64,000 bases of DNA, taken from positions 73,434-137,433 of the IMG/VR virus record IMGVR_UViG_3300009037_000004. One strand, written 5' to 3'. Positions 48,782 to 56,980 of the stretch are shown here, piece after piece (position 1 is the stretch's first letter; every line of letters starts with the position of its first letter). The stretch is from a virus (Duplodnaviria > Caudoviricetes). The notes below the pieces were generated by a model. It had not been told where the DNA came from. It ran no database searches and saw only the letters and a list, made by a program, of their open reading frames with translations. A program made the position numbers and the translations under genes.

Positions 48782-48858
48782 TGGTGCTGGGGAGGGGATT
48801 CGAACCCCCACTGTCTGGCGCCTCGGGCCAGTGCATCTTCCAGTTGTGCTACCCCAGC
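48782..48858 (-). tRNA. tRNA-Leu(GAG), C33, short variable arm
   Basis: Loop CCGAGGC; CCA encoded. Confidence 0.8.
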
Positions 48859-48920
48859 AAAAAGGCCAATCTTCTGGGCATAAGAGGGATGTCCATCTCA
48901 CACCTAGCAAGGAGACACGT

Positions 48921-49229
48921 ATGGACAAGCAGACGAACAAGCCGATGACCAAGTCCCAAGTCGTGACCCGCCTGGCCGAGACGCACGAACTCCCCAAGAA
49001 GAAGATGGGGGAGATCTTCGATGGCATCTTCAATCTCGCCGTCAACGAGACCAAGAAGAACGGCGCCTTCACCCTCCCCGGCTTCGGCAAGCTGGTGAAG
49101 GTGCAAAGGGCCGCCAGGATGGGACGCAACCCGGCCACAGGAGAGTCGATCAAGATCAAGGCCAAGACCACCGCCAAGTTCCGCCTCAGCAAGGTCTGCA
49201 AGGACGCCGTCGTCCCCCCGAAGAAGTAG
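48921..49229 (+). CDS. hup: HU-family DNA-binding protein
   Basis: 'MTKSQ', 'LPGFGKL', 'RAARMGRNPATGESIKI'. Confidence 0.92.
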   Translation: MDKQTNKPMTKSQVVTRLAETHELPKKKMGEIFDGIFNLAVNETKKNGAFTLPGFGKLVKVQRAARMGRNPATGESIKIKAKTTAKFRLSKVCKDAVVPPKK

Positions 49230-49246
49230 TCGGGCGGCCAGTCCTC

Positions 49247-49273
49247 AAGCCCCCTTCGGGGGGGCTTTCTTTA
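49247..49273 (+). terminator. Intrinsic terminator after HU
   Basis: aagcccc-TTCG-ggggctt followed by a T tract. Confidence 0.75.
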
Positions 49274-49325
49274 CCCCCGCAATTACGTCTCCCATTCTGG
49301 CATAAGATCAATAAGGAGAAGAAAC

Positions 49326-49538
49326 ATGAAGCTACACTTCGTGCTCTTTCTCCTGGCCTGGGCCGCTCTGGCCCACCTGGCTTTCTCCAGAATCCTGCCC
49401 CCAACTCTGGGGAAAGCCAGCGGCGTAGCCGGGCGAGTGACCGCGCACATAACGTGCGCGATCCTCGCCGTCGTCCTGGGACTCCTCCTCCCACTTCGGT
49501 GGGTGTGGGGGTGGTTCCGGGACGAGGACCAGGAGTGA
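49326..49538 (+). CDS. Small two-TM membrane protein
   Basis: AAGGAG RBS; GGCATAAG upstream. Confidence 0.6.
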   Translation: MKLHFVLFLLAWAALAHLAFSRILPPTLGKASGVAGRVTAHITCAILAVVLGLLLPLRWVWGWFRDEDQE

Positions 49539-49565
49539 AAGCCTTCGGGCTTTCTTTAGCTCCAG

Positions 49566-49639
49566 TCAGGGAGACCAGATTTGAACTGGCGACCTTTGCG
49601 TCCCCAACGCAACGCTCTTCCAGACTGAGCTACTCCCTG
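49566..49639 (-). tRNA. tRNA-Pro(GGG)
   Basis: Cloverleaf. Confidence 0.9.
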
Positions 49640-49641
49640 AA

Positions 49642-49673
49642 GGCAGGTGCGCTTCCAGATTGCGCCACTGCCC
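49642..49673 (-). pseudogene. 5' half tRNA remnant
   Basis: GGCAG-TG-GCGC-AATCTGGAA-GCGC only. Confidence 0.45.
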
Positions 49674-49677
49674 AAGA

Positions 49678-49751
49678 TGCCCCCGGAGGGATTCGAACCC
49701 CCAACTCAGGATGCTTAAAATCCCAGCCTCTTCCAGTTGAGCTACAGGGGC
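49678..49751 (-). tRNA. tRNA-Leu(TAA), short variable arm
   Basis: Loop TTTAAGC. Confidence 0.8.
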
Positions 49752-49755
49752 GTAG

Positions 49756-49828
49756 TGGCAGTCTGTGGTATTGATCCACAAAATGAACGGGTATGGGCCG
49801 TTCAAGGAGACCTCTCCTTCCGACTGCC
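49756..49828 (-). ncRNA. Divergent tRNA-like cloverleaf (loop CCCATAC, T-loop ATCAATA)
   Basis: Four well-paired stems without the invariant residues. Confidence 0.55.
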
Positions 49829-49829
49829 T

Positions 49830-49912
49830 TGGTGCGAGGAGCGGGATTCGAACCCGCATGCCGAAGCGGTGGATCCTAAGTCCACTGGGTCTGCCAGTTT
49901 CCCCATCCTCGC
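49830..49912 (-). tRNA. tRNA-Leu(TAG)
   Basis: Class II cloverleaf, CCA. Confidence 0.88.
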
Positions 49913-49913
49913 G

Positions 49914-49990
49914 TGGCCTGCCCGGAGGGACTTGAACCCCCAGTCTCCTGGTTCGTAGCCAGGTGTCCTGATCCATTAGACGACGGGCAG
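49914..49990 (-). tRNA. tRNA-Arg(ACG)
   Basis: Cloverleaf, CCA. Confidence 0.88.
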
Positions 49991-49994
49991 AGAG

Positions 49995-50067
49995 TGGGCG
50001 GAACAGGGCTCGAACCTGCGACAACCTGGGTGTAAGCCAGGCGCTCTTCCAACTGAGCTATCCGCCC
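49995..50067 (-). tRNA. tRNA-Val(TAC)
   Basis: Cloverleaf. Confidence 0.92.
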
Positions 50068-50070
50068 GAG

Positions 50071-50144
50071 TACCGGGACTGGGAGTTGAACCCAGACCTC
50101 GAGTTCCGGAGACTCGTGTGCAGCGTCCGCTACACTATCCCGGC
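50071..50144 (-). tRNA. tRNA-Arg(CCG)
   Basis: Cloverleaf. Confidence 0.82.
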
Positions 50145-50329
50145 AAGTGATCGGCTTTGACCTCTCCCCACTTGTCCATCCGGGCCGCGTCCAGGATGAT
50201 GAGAATGTTCTTCGCCTTGTCCACGATCAGGAGAGCGTTCCGTGGGAAGGTGGGATCGGTCTTGATGTTGAAGTACATGAGTGGATCATCTTCGAGCTTC
50301 GGCCTTCTCTTCGGCATGCATTCCTCCAG

Positions 50330-50402
50330 TGCCCCGATCGCGACTCGAACGCGAATGCCAGGTGTAGGAGACCTGTCCCCTATCCAGTTGGGGGATCGGA
50401 GC
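50330..50402 (-). tRNA. tRNA-Arg(CCT)
   Basis: Cloverleaf. Confidence 0.82.
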
Positions 50403-50404
50403 GG

Positions 50405-50569
50405 CTACTTCTTTGTCGTCATGTTGGTCAGCTCATCTTCCGCGATGTCTAGCCTCTCCCTCAACGCGATCAGCATGTCCCTGAGTCCCTCTACGAACTT
50501 GTCAAAGGGGCAGTTGATCTTCTCCGCTTTCTCGATTGCTTCTCGAGCGATTTTCTCGAACTTCGTCAT
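50405..50569 (-). CDS. Small hypothetical protein (MTKFEK...)
   Basis: AGGAGG RBS. Confidence 0.55.
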   Translation of the reverse strand: MTKFEKIAREAIEKAEKINCPFDKFVEGLRDMLIALRERLDIAEDELTNMTTKK

Positions 50570-50579
50570 GCTACCCTCC

Positions 50580-50655
50580 TGGTACTCCCGGCACGAGTCG
50601 AACGTGCGCCCTTGCGGGTAGAAGCCGCCTGCTCTGTCCACTGAGCTACGGGAGC
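50580..50655 (-). tRNA. tRNA-Arg(TCT)
   Basis: Cloverleaf, CCA. Confidence 0.85.
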
Positions 50656-51017
50656 TTACGGTACTGACCACCATCATTGTTGCTGGGACGGATGTAGCCC
50701 TGGAGCCAGTTAATCCAGTCTGTCGCTTCCCACCCGGCCAACATCCAGAGGGGATGCCAGAGACACCCCATGATGAACCAGAAAGAGAAAAGGAGCAGAG
50801 CCTTCAGAAGAGGAGCGAGAGAGAACCACTTCCGGCTCAATGGCCATTCGATGTCGTAGGTCATCCGGCCGAAGTAGAAATGACCATTCACCCGGTGAGG
50901 CCAGGGCTTGAAGGAGACCACTCGTCCCCCTTTGACCCAAACAACCAGGCAGTGTGAGAGCTCGTGAAGCACCAAGGTCAGGGCAGCCCCGACCACTCCG
51001 AAGATTGCGTACCACAT
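50646..51017 (-). CDS. M50-like membrane metallopeptidase
   Basis: HELSH within a hydrophobic helix, further TM segments. Confidence 0.55.
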   Translation of the reverse strand: MWYAIFGVVGAALTLVLHELSHCLVVWVKGGRVVSFKPWPHRVNGHFYFGRMTYDIEWPLSRKWFSLAPLLKALLLFSFWFIMGCLWHPLWMLAGWEATDWINWLQGYIRPSNNDGGQYRKLP

Positions 51018-51039
51018 GGGATTGATCCTACCAGACTAG

Positions 51040-51112
51040 AGACGGCGGTGGGAATTGGACCCACGAACATCCGGGTTGCAGCCGGAGGCATTTACCATTC
51101 TGCCACGCCGTC
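51040..51112 (-). tRNA. tRNA-Cys(GCA)
   Basis: Cloverleaf, U73, T-loop TCCAATT. Confidence 0.82.
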
Positions 51113-51120
51113 AAACCGGG

Positions 51121-51192
51121 CGGGTCATCGAGGAATTGAACCTCGCGGACCATAGGTTTTGGAGACCCATGCGCTTACCCAGAGCATGACCC
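51121..51192 (-). tRNA. tRNA-Trp(CCA), atypical D-arm
   Basis: Loop CTCCAAA, G73. Confidence 0.7.
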
Positions 51193-51193
51193 T

Positions 51194-51269
51194 TGGAGCC
51201 CCCGGGGAGAATCGAACTCCCACTTCCGCATTACCAATGCGGCGTCCTCCCCAGATGGACCTCGGGGGC
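51194..51269 (-). tRNA. tRNA-Thr(GGT)
   Basis: Cloverleaf, CCA. Confidence 0.85.
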
Positions 51270-51391
51270 TAAAGAAACCCCGTCATACAGACCGGGGTTT
51301 CGGGGGCTGGGAGGAGAAGAGATCTCCTCTCCCAGCGCCTCCACCAGTCCGTCAGAGGGGACGGACACCCATGAGGAATCTCGTTACTCGG

Positions 51392-51706
51392 TCAGTACCC
51401 GAGCGCCTTGTTGACCTGGGCGAGGAGCTTCTTCTGCTCCTTCTGCCGAATGGCGATCGCCTTCTCCAACGCCGCCCACTCGCTCTTGAGCACGGAGACG
51501 GCGTTGAGGACGGGGACGCCATCGACTCCCATCTTCTTGCAGATAGCCTTGAAGTCCTTGGTGCTGATCTCGCTCAGACCCCCCATGGTCTCGTTGACCT
51601 CGTAGTCGAAGCCCTCGTCGATCTCCGAGAGGACGTCATCAATCTTGTACTTCTCCGCTTCCAGCTTCTTCTGTTCCTTCGCGGTCAACTCTTTCTTCGC
51701 GGGCAT
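51392..51706 (-). CDS. Hypothetical protein
   Basis: AGGAGG RBS, strong codon bias. Confidence 0.7.
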   Translation of the reverse strand: MPAKKELTAKEQKKLEAEKYKIDDVLSEIDEGFDYEVNETMGGLSEISTKDFKAICKKMGVDGVPVLNAVSVLKSEWAALEKAIAIRQKEQKKLLAQVNKALGY

Positions 51707-51757
51707 TGGCTTCCTCCTAGCCGATGTGGTTGTTCAGATGAGTCGGCTCGCTCATCT

Positions 51758-52136
51758 TGGTGGAGATGCCGGGAGTCGAACCCGGGTCCGCAGTAGATCA
51801 ATCACGAAGTCATCCACATGCTTGGCTGATCTGAAATCGACCGAAGGGCGGGTCAGCACACCTTCCAGCCGGGTCTCGTCTGGCAGTTTCGGCAAGGGCT
51901 TCACGAGCTGCCCTATAGTAGCCACGCCTGAGCCCAACGTCCGGTTACGCTGCTTCCAGGAGTCACGGTGGGCGAGGAGCCCTGGAGCAACGGAGAGATC
52001 TAGGCGGCTGCCCGGATCTCCTCAACGAAGTGATTGTCGTTCGCGTTTGGTTTTGTCCCAGGTGATTTGGCAGTCCGGGACCTCTGCCTGCATGCACTCC
52101 GTTCTCTTCCTACCACGTCGAAACCGTTTCATCCCC
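51758..52136 (-). ncRNA. ssrA: tmRNA, tag ANDNHFVEEIRAAA (52000-52044)
   Basis: 5' GGGGATG..GGTTTCGAC, Ala-type G3:U70, T-arm plus ACCA, tag ORF ending AAA-stop. Confidence 0.93.
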
Positions 52137-52424
52137 AAAGCCTCCCCAGCTTGTAGGCCGGGGAGGCAACAGTCAAGTCTCCACTTGCAACCATTACAGC
52201 TCGTACACCCGACAGCAGCGACCGTGATGGGGCCACTGCTGCTTTGATCGCACACCCTTTGCGCGCGGTGTTTCGCTCCTACATTCTTCTTCGCTTGTTG
52301 CGATCGTCTCGGTCGGCCCATCACGCCGCCGAGACCACCTCATCGCTGGGCGGCAGGGTAGGTGCACGCCCAGGAATCGGAGCAACCACACCAGTAAGAT
52401 CATCCGACCTCCTGTGTTGTGGAG

Positions 52425-52497
52425 TGGAACCAGGGGGACTTGAACCCCCGACATCCGGCTTGCAAAACCGGCGCTCTCCCAACTGAGCTATGGCCCC
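52425..52497 (-). tRNA. tRNA-Ala(TGC)
   Basis: Cloverleaf, G3:U70. Confidence 0.92.
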
Positions 52498-52615
52498 ATC
52501 TCTGCCGCCCACGACGGGGTGCAGAACGGCAGCACTTCGATCTATTGGCCCACCGTCATCCGGGCGTCCCCGTGAGCCTGCTATGGGATTGACCGCCGGA
52601 CGTCTCCGGCCCCTG

Positions 52616-52687
52616 TGATCCCGGCTGGGATTGAACCAGCGGTCTCCTGCGTGTCGAGCAGGCGTGTTCCCACTCCACTACGGGATC
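52616..52687 (-). tRNA. tRNA-Val(GAC), C33
   Basis: Loop TCGACAC. Confidence 0.8.
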
Positions 52688-52690
52688 GAA

Positions 52691-52869
52691 GGTGCTGTAC
52701 CGGGCCTTCCTCCCCGGCGACGTTAATACTACGCCCGCTTCACAGCCATCGGCTATTCCGTCTAAGGGATTATGACCGGCAGCTTGCGCCCCGGCTCGCC
52801 TGTGCTCCACGGACTAGCGTTGATCCGCCTTCTTGCTGGGCAAATGGCTTAGCCCACGTCTACAGCACC
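52691..52869 (-). ncRNA. Candidate 179 nt structured RNA
   Basis: GGTGCTGTA/TACAGCACC closing stem, internal hairpins, flanked by tRNAs. Confidence 0.45.
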
Positions 52870-52871
52870 AG

Positions 52872-52943
52872 TGACCACAACGGGAATCGGACCCGTGTTG
52901 CCGGCGTGAAAGGCCGGTGTCCTAACCGCTAGACGATGTGGCC
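52872..52943 (-). tRNA. tRNA-Glu(TTC)
   Basis: Cloverleaf, T-loop TCCGATT. Confidence 0.88.
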
Positions 52944-52947
52944 AAAT

Positions 52948-53335
52948 ACCGGGATTCCACAGGTGTCAGTCTACTCTCGAGGTGACCTGCTTTGCCGAAA
53001 CGCCGCAGGTGAGTCTCATTGAAAGCCTGACCGACCCAGGGTTTGTTGGGCATTACGCTCACCCGGCCTTAACGATGCGGCCAGCCCAACCAGGCCCGGC
53101 GGGGGACCCTGTAATTACCCGCCGAACGATCAATCATCCGGTTTACCTGGAGGAGCGGTCAACCAGGGCCGGAAGCCAGGGGATCGTGCACAGTGGATCG
53201 TCAGGGCGTCACTCCGCAGGCTGGAAGTCGGCTGGGATCCTCAGCCGTACCTCCCCGGACCGATGTCCGAGGTCTATGCCTCCTCCTTGACGCAAGTGGA
53301 GTTCGGAGCCAGTTGTACCAATACCTGACGATCCA
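52948..53335 (-). ncRNA. Candidate large structured RNA(s) between two tRNA-Glu genes
   Basis: No minus-strand ORF of 60 aa or more; 12 bp closing stem 53194/53335; many hairpins. Confidence 0.45.
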
Positions 53336-53336
53336 G

Positions 53337-53408
53337 TGACCCCGCCGGGATTTGAACCCGGGACTCCGGCGTGAGAGGCCAGCGTCCTTACCGCTAGACT
53401 ACGGGGCC
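53337..53408 (-). tRNA. tRNA-Glu(CTC)
   Basis: Cloverleaf. Confidence 0.9.
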
Positions 53409-53444
53409 AGGAACACCCGGCCGGTTGGCGCGGGCAAGGGAGGG

Positions 53445-54035
53445 TTAGGTCAATCGAATGAACGAGGTCGGAGTGATCTGGAAGCTCATCTTCTTCCCGT
53501 CCGCCAGGAACCTCTGGGCTACTCCCGCCAGGGCTGCTCCCGCCATCCCATGGAACCAGAGGTTCTCCCCGTCCTCGCAGGTGGCCTGCCCCGTCTCACC
53601 CTCTGGGTCGGGGGTGAAGTGCTCGGTCCAGATGACCCGAGCCACATCCCCGGCGGCGGAGAGGCAGCCGTGAAGGCAGGGGATCGCATGACGGTAGATG
53701 TGCTCCTTCACGTACTCCTGCAGAAGCAGACGAGCCTCCAAGTTGTCCGTGCAGTCGATCACGAGGTCCACGTCCTTTAGAAGCGGAGACACGTTGTACC
53801 CCTCCAACTTCACGGGAAAAGCCGCAATCGGACGGCGGAAGAGGCCACTCATCGACGCCTCCAGAGCCTTCGCTTTCTGCTTCCCACTTCCCATGTGGGA
53901 ATGAAACTGGGAGGCGATGTTCTTGGCTTCCACCCGGTCATGATCGATCACCACTAGGTGGGCCTTCCAGTTCCTTGCGAACTGAACGACGTGGGAGCCG
54001 AGCGCCCCCACGCCCACGATCGCCACGGTCTTCAT
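53445..54035 (-). CDS. E1/ThiF-family adenylyltransferase
   Basis: VGVGALGS, IDHDRVEAKN..SQ, K, VIDCTDNLEAR, late 'ATCED' Cys; AGGAGG RBS. Confidence 0.88.
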   Translation of the reverse strand: MKTVAIVGVGALGSHVVQFARNWKAHLVVIDHDRVEAKNIASQFHSHMGSGKQKAKALEASMSGLFRRPIAAFPVKLEGYNVSPLLKDVDLVIDCTDNLEARLLLQEYVKEHIYRHAIPCLHGCLSAAGDVARVIWTEHFTPDPEGETGQATCEDGENLWFHGMAGAALAGVAQRFLADGKKMSFQITPTSFIRLT

Positions 54036-54241
54036 GCGTCCTCCTTCTGCACTTTCCGATTCAGTTCCCTTCGCCCAAGTTCCAGAAGCCATCGGAAAGT
54101 GGTAACACGACACCCTGCCCGTGCCAGGGAGAAATGGGACCTGTTCTCACCCGCCCCCTCCAAACGCCGCATCAGGGACTCGAAGCACTCCAAATCCGCT
54201 GGTGACACGGACACCGAGAAGATCGTCTTCTTGGCGATCAT
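54032..54241 (-). CDS. Small hypothetical protein
   Basis: Coupled to the E1 start. Confidence 0.4.
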   Translation of the reverse strand: MIAKKTIFSVSVSPADLECFESLMRRLEGAGENRSHFSLARAGCRVTTFRWLLELGRRELNRKVQKEDA

Positions 54242-54244
54242 CTG

Positions 54245-54850
54245 TCACCTCGACTTCTCATGGACCCGGAGAGGGATGTCCCCCAGCGTTTCCACCAGAC
54301 GCTCGTTCGCGTCCCTTTCTGCCGGCATGAGCATCTGAGAGACCTTCAGGTAGTAGGGGGACCGAAGCCAGTCAGCGTACTTCATCTGGCCCCGAGTCTT
54401 GTTGCAGCGCCGGCAACAGGCCACGAGGTTCTCCGGGATGCTGGGGCCGCCCTCCTCCCAGAGGACCAGATGGTCTACTGTGAGGGGCACGCCATGGCCC
54501 GTGCCGCAGTACCGGCAATGGTAGCCGTCTCGGCTGTAGACTTTCCAGGAGATGCCCTGCTCGATCTGGCGGGTGCTCTTGCGGATGATGGCCTTCACCA
54601 GCGTCCCGTCCTTCGCCCTGGTGAGAACCTCGGTCTCCATGATGTCCGTCTGCCGGATGACCTTCTCCCAGTCCTCCTGGTCGAGCTCCAGGAGTCTGGG
54701 CTGCCTCCCATCCCACGGCTCGTCCGGCAGCATGGCGAGGTAGCAGATCTCCGAGTTGGCGTAGATGACTCCAGCGACCTGGATGGTATTCCCCAGCTCG
54801 AGCAAGTCCATCTGGTTGAGTCCGTACCGGGGAACTTCCTCCGGCCTCAT
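54245..54850 (-). CDS. HNH endonuclease with N-terminal extension
   Basis: RDG..CRYCG, LTVDH, ENLVACCRRCN; start overlaps the Ubl stop (ATGA). Confidence 0.8.
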   Translation of the reverse strand: MRPEEVPRYGLNQMDLLELGNTIQVAGVIYANSEICYLAMLPDEPWDGRQPRLLELDQEDWEKVIRQTDIMETEVLTRAKDGTLVKAIIRKSTRQIEQGISWKVYSRDGYHCRYCGTGHGVPLTVDHLVLWEEGGPSIPENLVACCRRCNKTRGQMKYADWLRSPYYLKVSQMLMPAERDANERLVETLGDIPLRVHEKSR

Positions 54851-55275
54851 CCCTTCACCTGCGGGATCGTCATGTCCCAGACGGCTCCCTCGGGCGTGGT
54901 GATTGTTAGGATGCCAACCTCCTCCTTGAGATCGCACCCCAGGCTCGAGAGCAGCTTGTAGATCTCCGCCTTGATGTCCGTCCACCCGAACGGCGTCTTC
55001 GGACGGAGCATCAGGCGGGGCGGGAGCTCATTGGTGGCCGGGAAGCGATCCACCACGAAGTCCTGGAAGTTCACTTCCGCCGCCGTGACTCCCGGGATGT
55101 AGCCGGTGCGGACCGCCTCGGTTGCCACCTGCTTCACATCCCCGTCCGTCATGTCGTAGCGCAGGGCGTCCGGGTAGTCCCCGTTCTGCCCGTTCACGGT
55201 CACGTTGAGCCGGGCGTTCGGCCCGCCCAGCTCCACCCCCGCCTCGTTCCTAACGATGATCTCGTTGTTCTCCAT
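54847..55275 (-). CDS. Ubiquitin-like (beta-grasp) protein with 45 aa extension after RPKTPFG
   Basis: Strand-strand-helix pattern, 'LMLRPKTPFG', context between JAB and E1. Confidence 0.6.
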   Translation of the reverse strand: MENNEIIVRNEAGVELGGPNARLNVTVNGQNGDYPDALRYDMTDGDVKQVATEAVRTGYIPGVTAAEVNFQDFVVDRFPATNELPPRLMLRPKTPFGWTDIKAEIYKLLSSLGCDLKEEVGILTITTPEGAVWDMTIPQVKG

Positions 55276-55288
55276 CGGTGTCCTCCTT

Positions 55289-55663
55289 TCACCGGGACAG
55301 AGCCCGTAGTTTCGCGATGACCATGCGTTTGAGACGTATCCGCCGCAAACGCATAGGCCCGTAATCCAACCGATCGGGGCCGACCCACTCGAAGTAGACC
55401 ACCTCCGAGAAGGTCACGATCGGCCAGATCAGTCGTTGACCCAACCCCTGCTCCACTGCCGCGAATGTCGTCACGTCAGTGGAGGAGGGTTGGGCCGCCC
55501 CATTCCATGGATGCGTGTGGGCCACGCCACCCAGCCGCTCTCGATTCTCCCAGAGACGCTCCCAGAGTCCTCGGCTGTCTGGGATAGCTCCCTGACTCCT
55601 GTCGGCCGGCAGGTGCCAGAAGAGGACGCACCCACGATCATCGAAGACGAGTGCCGTCTCCAT
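55289..55663 (-). CDS. JAB/MPN metallo-isopeptidase
   Basis: N-terminal Glu; HTHP...PS..D. Confidence 0.8.
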   Translation of the reverse strand: METALVFDDRGCVLFWHLPADRSQGAIPDSRGLWERLWENRERLGGVAHTHPWNGAAQPSSTDVTTFAAVEQGLGQRLIWPIVTFSEVVYFEWVGPDRLDYGPMRLRRIRLKRMVIAKLRALSR

Positions 55664-55671
55664 CGGTCCTC

Positions 55672-56001
55672 CTAATCCAGTCCGAAGGGCTCGAGGGCAT
55701 CGAGCATGCGTTGGCAGAACTCCTCTTCCTCATACAGGCGGTCAATCTCAGCTTCTGCTTTCTTGCTCTCCCGCAGCATCTCGTCTTCCTCATCCATCAA
55801 CTGCATGAGGCGCATGTCCTCCGCCATGTCCTTCGCCATCTCCCGCTCCCATTCGAGTTCCTGAAGGTCTCGCATGATCTCTTCTTCCTCACGCCGGTCT
55901 GCCTCGGCCTGCTTCTGCTCCTCCGGCGTGAGACGCTCCTCCTCTTCCAAGTCCCTCTTCCAGTCATCATCATCTCTTCGTGCTGAACCCTGCACGATCA
56001 A
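55672..56001 (-). CDS. Very acidic helical protein
   Basis: Glu/Asp-dominated; coupled ORF. Confidence 0.5.
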   Translation of the reverse strand: MIVQGSARRDDDDWKRDLEEEERLTPEEQKQAEADRREEEEIMRDLQELEWEREMAKDMAEDMRLMQLMDEEDEMLRESKKAEAEIDRLYEEEEFCQRMLDALEPFGLD

Positions 56002-56975
56002 TCCTCCTCGTTATCCCGGTCGTCATCCGCAAGATCACCATCCACATGCCGATAGATGACCAGCTTGTGGAGCTGGATGGCCTGCCGTACAACCGCTGGC
56101 AGACTCTCCAAGGTGAAGTAAGTATCCCCCTTCTCGCCCGTGCTGGATGAGGTCAAGCATATTCCAGAATCGATCACCCGTAACGTGTGGCAGTTGACCA
56201 CGCACTCCAGCCGGCGATTCTCAAAGCGGTATTGCACCACCATCTCTTCCCGAGTGTAGCCTGGACGGGAATCCAGGTACTCGGCCCCACTCACCTTCAA
56301 GGCTGCCTTTGCCGCCGCTTCGAAGTCCTGCCGGGCCAGTGTTCTCCTCCCAAGCCCCGTGCCCATGTTCCTCCGGGCTTCCTCTGCCCGCTCCCGCTCC
56401 AGCCTCTGCTGCTCGAGCTCGGCCCGCCTCTCCTCCAGGAGCTTCCGCTGCTGGTAGGCGAACCGGAAGGCCAGGTCCAACGCCGGCGTCACTCCCTTGA
56501 TGTCACCGAGCGACTCCTTCCGTTCCACGAAGGCCCAGCGAGCCTGCTCGTCCATGGGTTGAGGAAAGAGCTGCTGGGTGTAGATGAGGCGGTGCTCCTC
56601 ATCGAAGGCACCCTGCACGAACGAGAAGCGGTCCAGACCAGTCTCCACCAAGAAGATGGGGACGGTCTGGTCCACGAACTTGTTGGGGTCGGGATCGACT
56701 CTCGCGTTCTCCGGTATGAAGCGATCACCGATCACGTATCCCTTGGTCAAGACCCGGCCATTGGCGTAGTCGGCATCTGGATGACAGTGCACCCAGCTCG
56801 AAGCAGTGCGGCCCCCCGTGAGTTCGAATTCGTACCATCCGAACTCACGGGGAAGCTCGCCCGTCACTCTCCACGTTCTGCCACGCTTGTGAACCTTTCG
56901 GCCCCCAAGCCATGGCATCACGCAAGGACCAACTACGCTACGATCCGGGGGCTGGAGAAGGTCTCTCCATCCCAT
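55998..56975 (-). CDS. Putative E2/UBC-like conjugating protein
   Basis: C-terminal 'DSGICL' resembles the UBC catalytic G-x-I-C-L; operon context. Confidence 0.5.
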   Translation of the reverse strand: MGWRDLLQPPDRSVVGPCVMPWLGGRKVHKRGRTWRVTGELPREFGWYEFELTGGRTASSWVHCHPDADYANGRVLTKGYVIGDRFIPENARVDPDPNKFVDQTVPIFLVETGLDRFSFVQGAFDEEHRLIYTQQLFPQPMDEQARWAFVERKESLGDIKGVTPALDLAFRFAYQQRKLLEERRAELEQQRLERERAEEARRNMGTGLGRRTLARQDFEAAAKAALKVSGAEYLDSRPGYTREEMVVQYRFENRRLECVVNCHTLRVIDSGICLTSSSTGEKGDTYFTLESLPAVVRQAIQLHKLVIYRHVDGDLADDDRDNEED

Positions 56976-56980
56976 GTGGA

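Noticed and set aside
48113-49229. 362 aa (-) and 349 aa (+) ORFs as single genes
   Set aside because: They run through tRNA genes; the real genes are HNH (48113-48634) and HU (48921-49229).
52948-53335. RNase P or SRP RNA
   Set aside because: No GAGGAAAGTCC P4 signature and no SRP domain IV motif seen.
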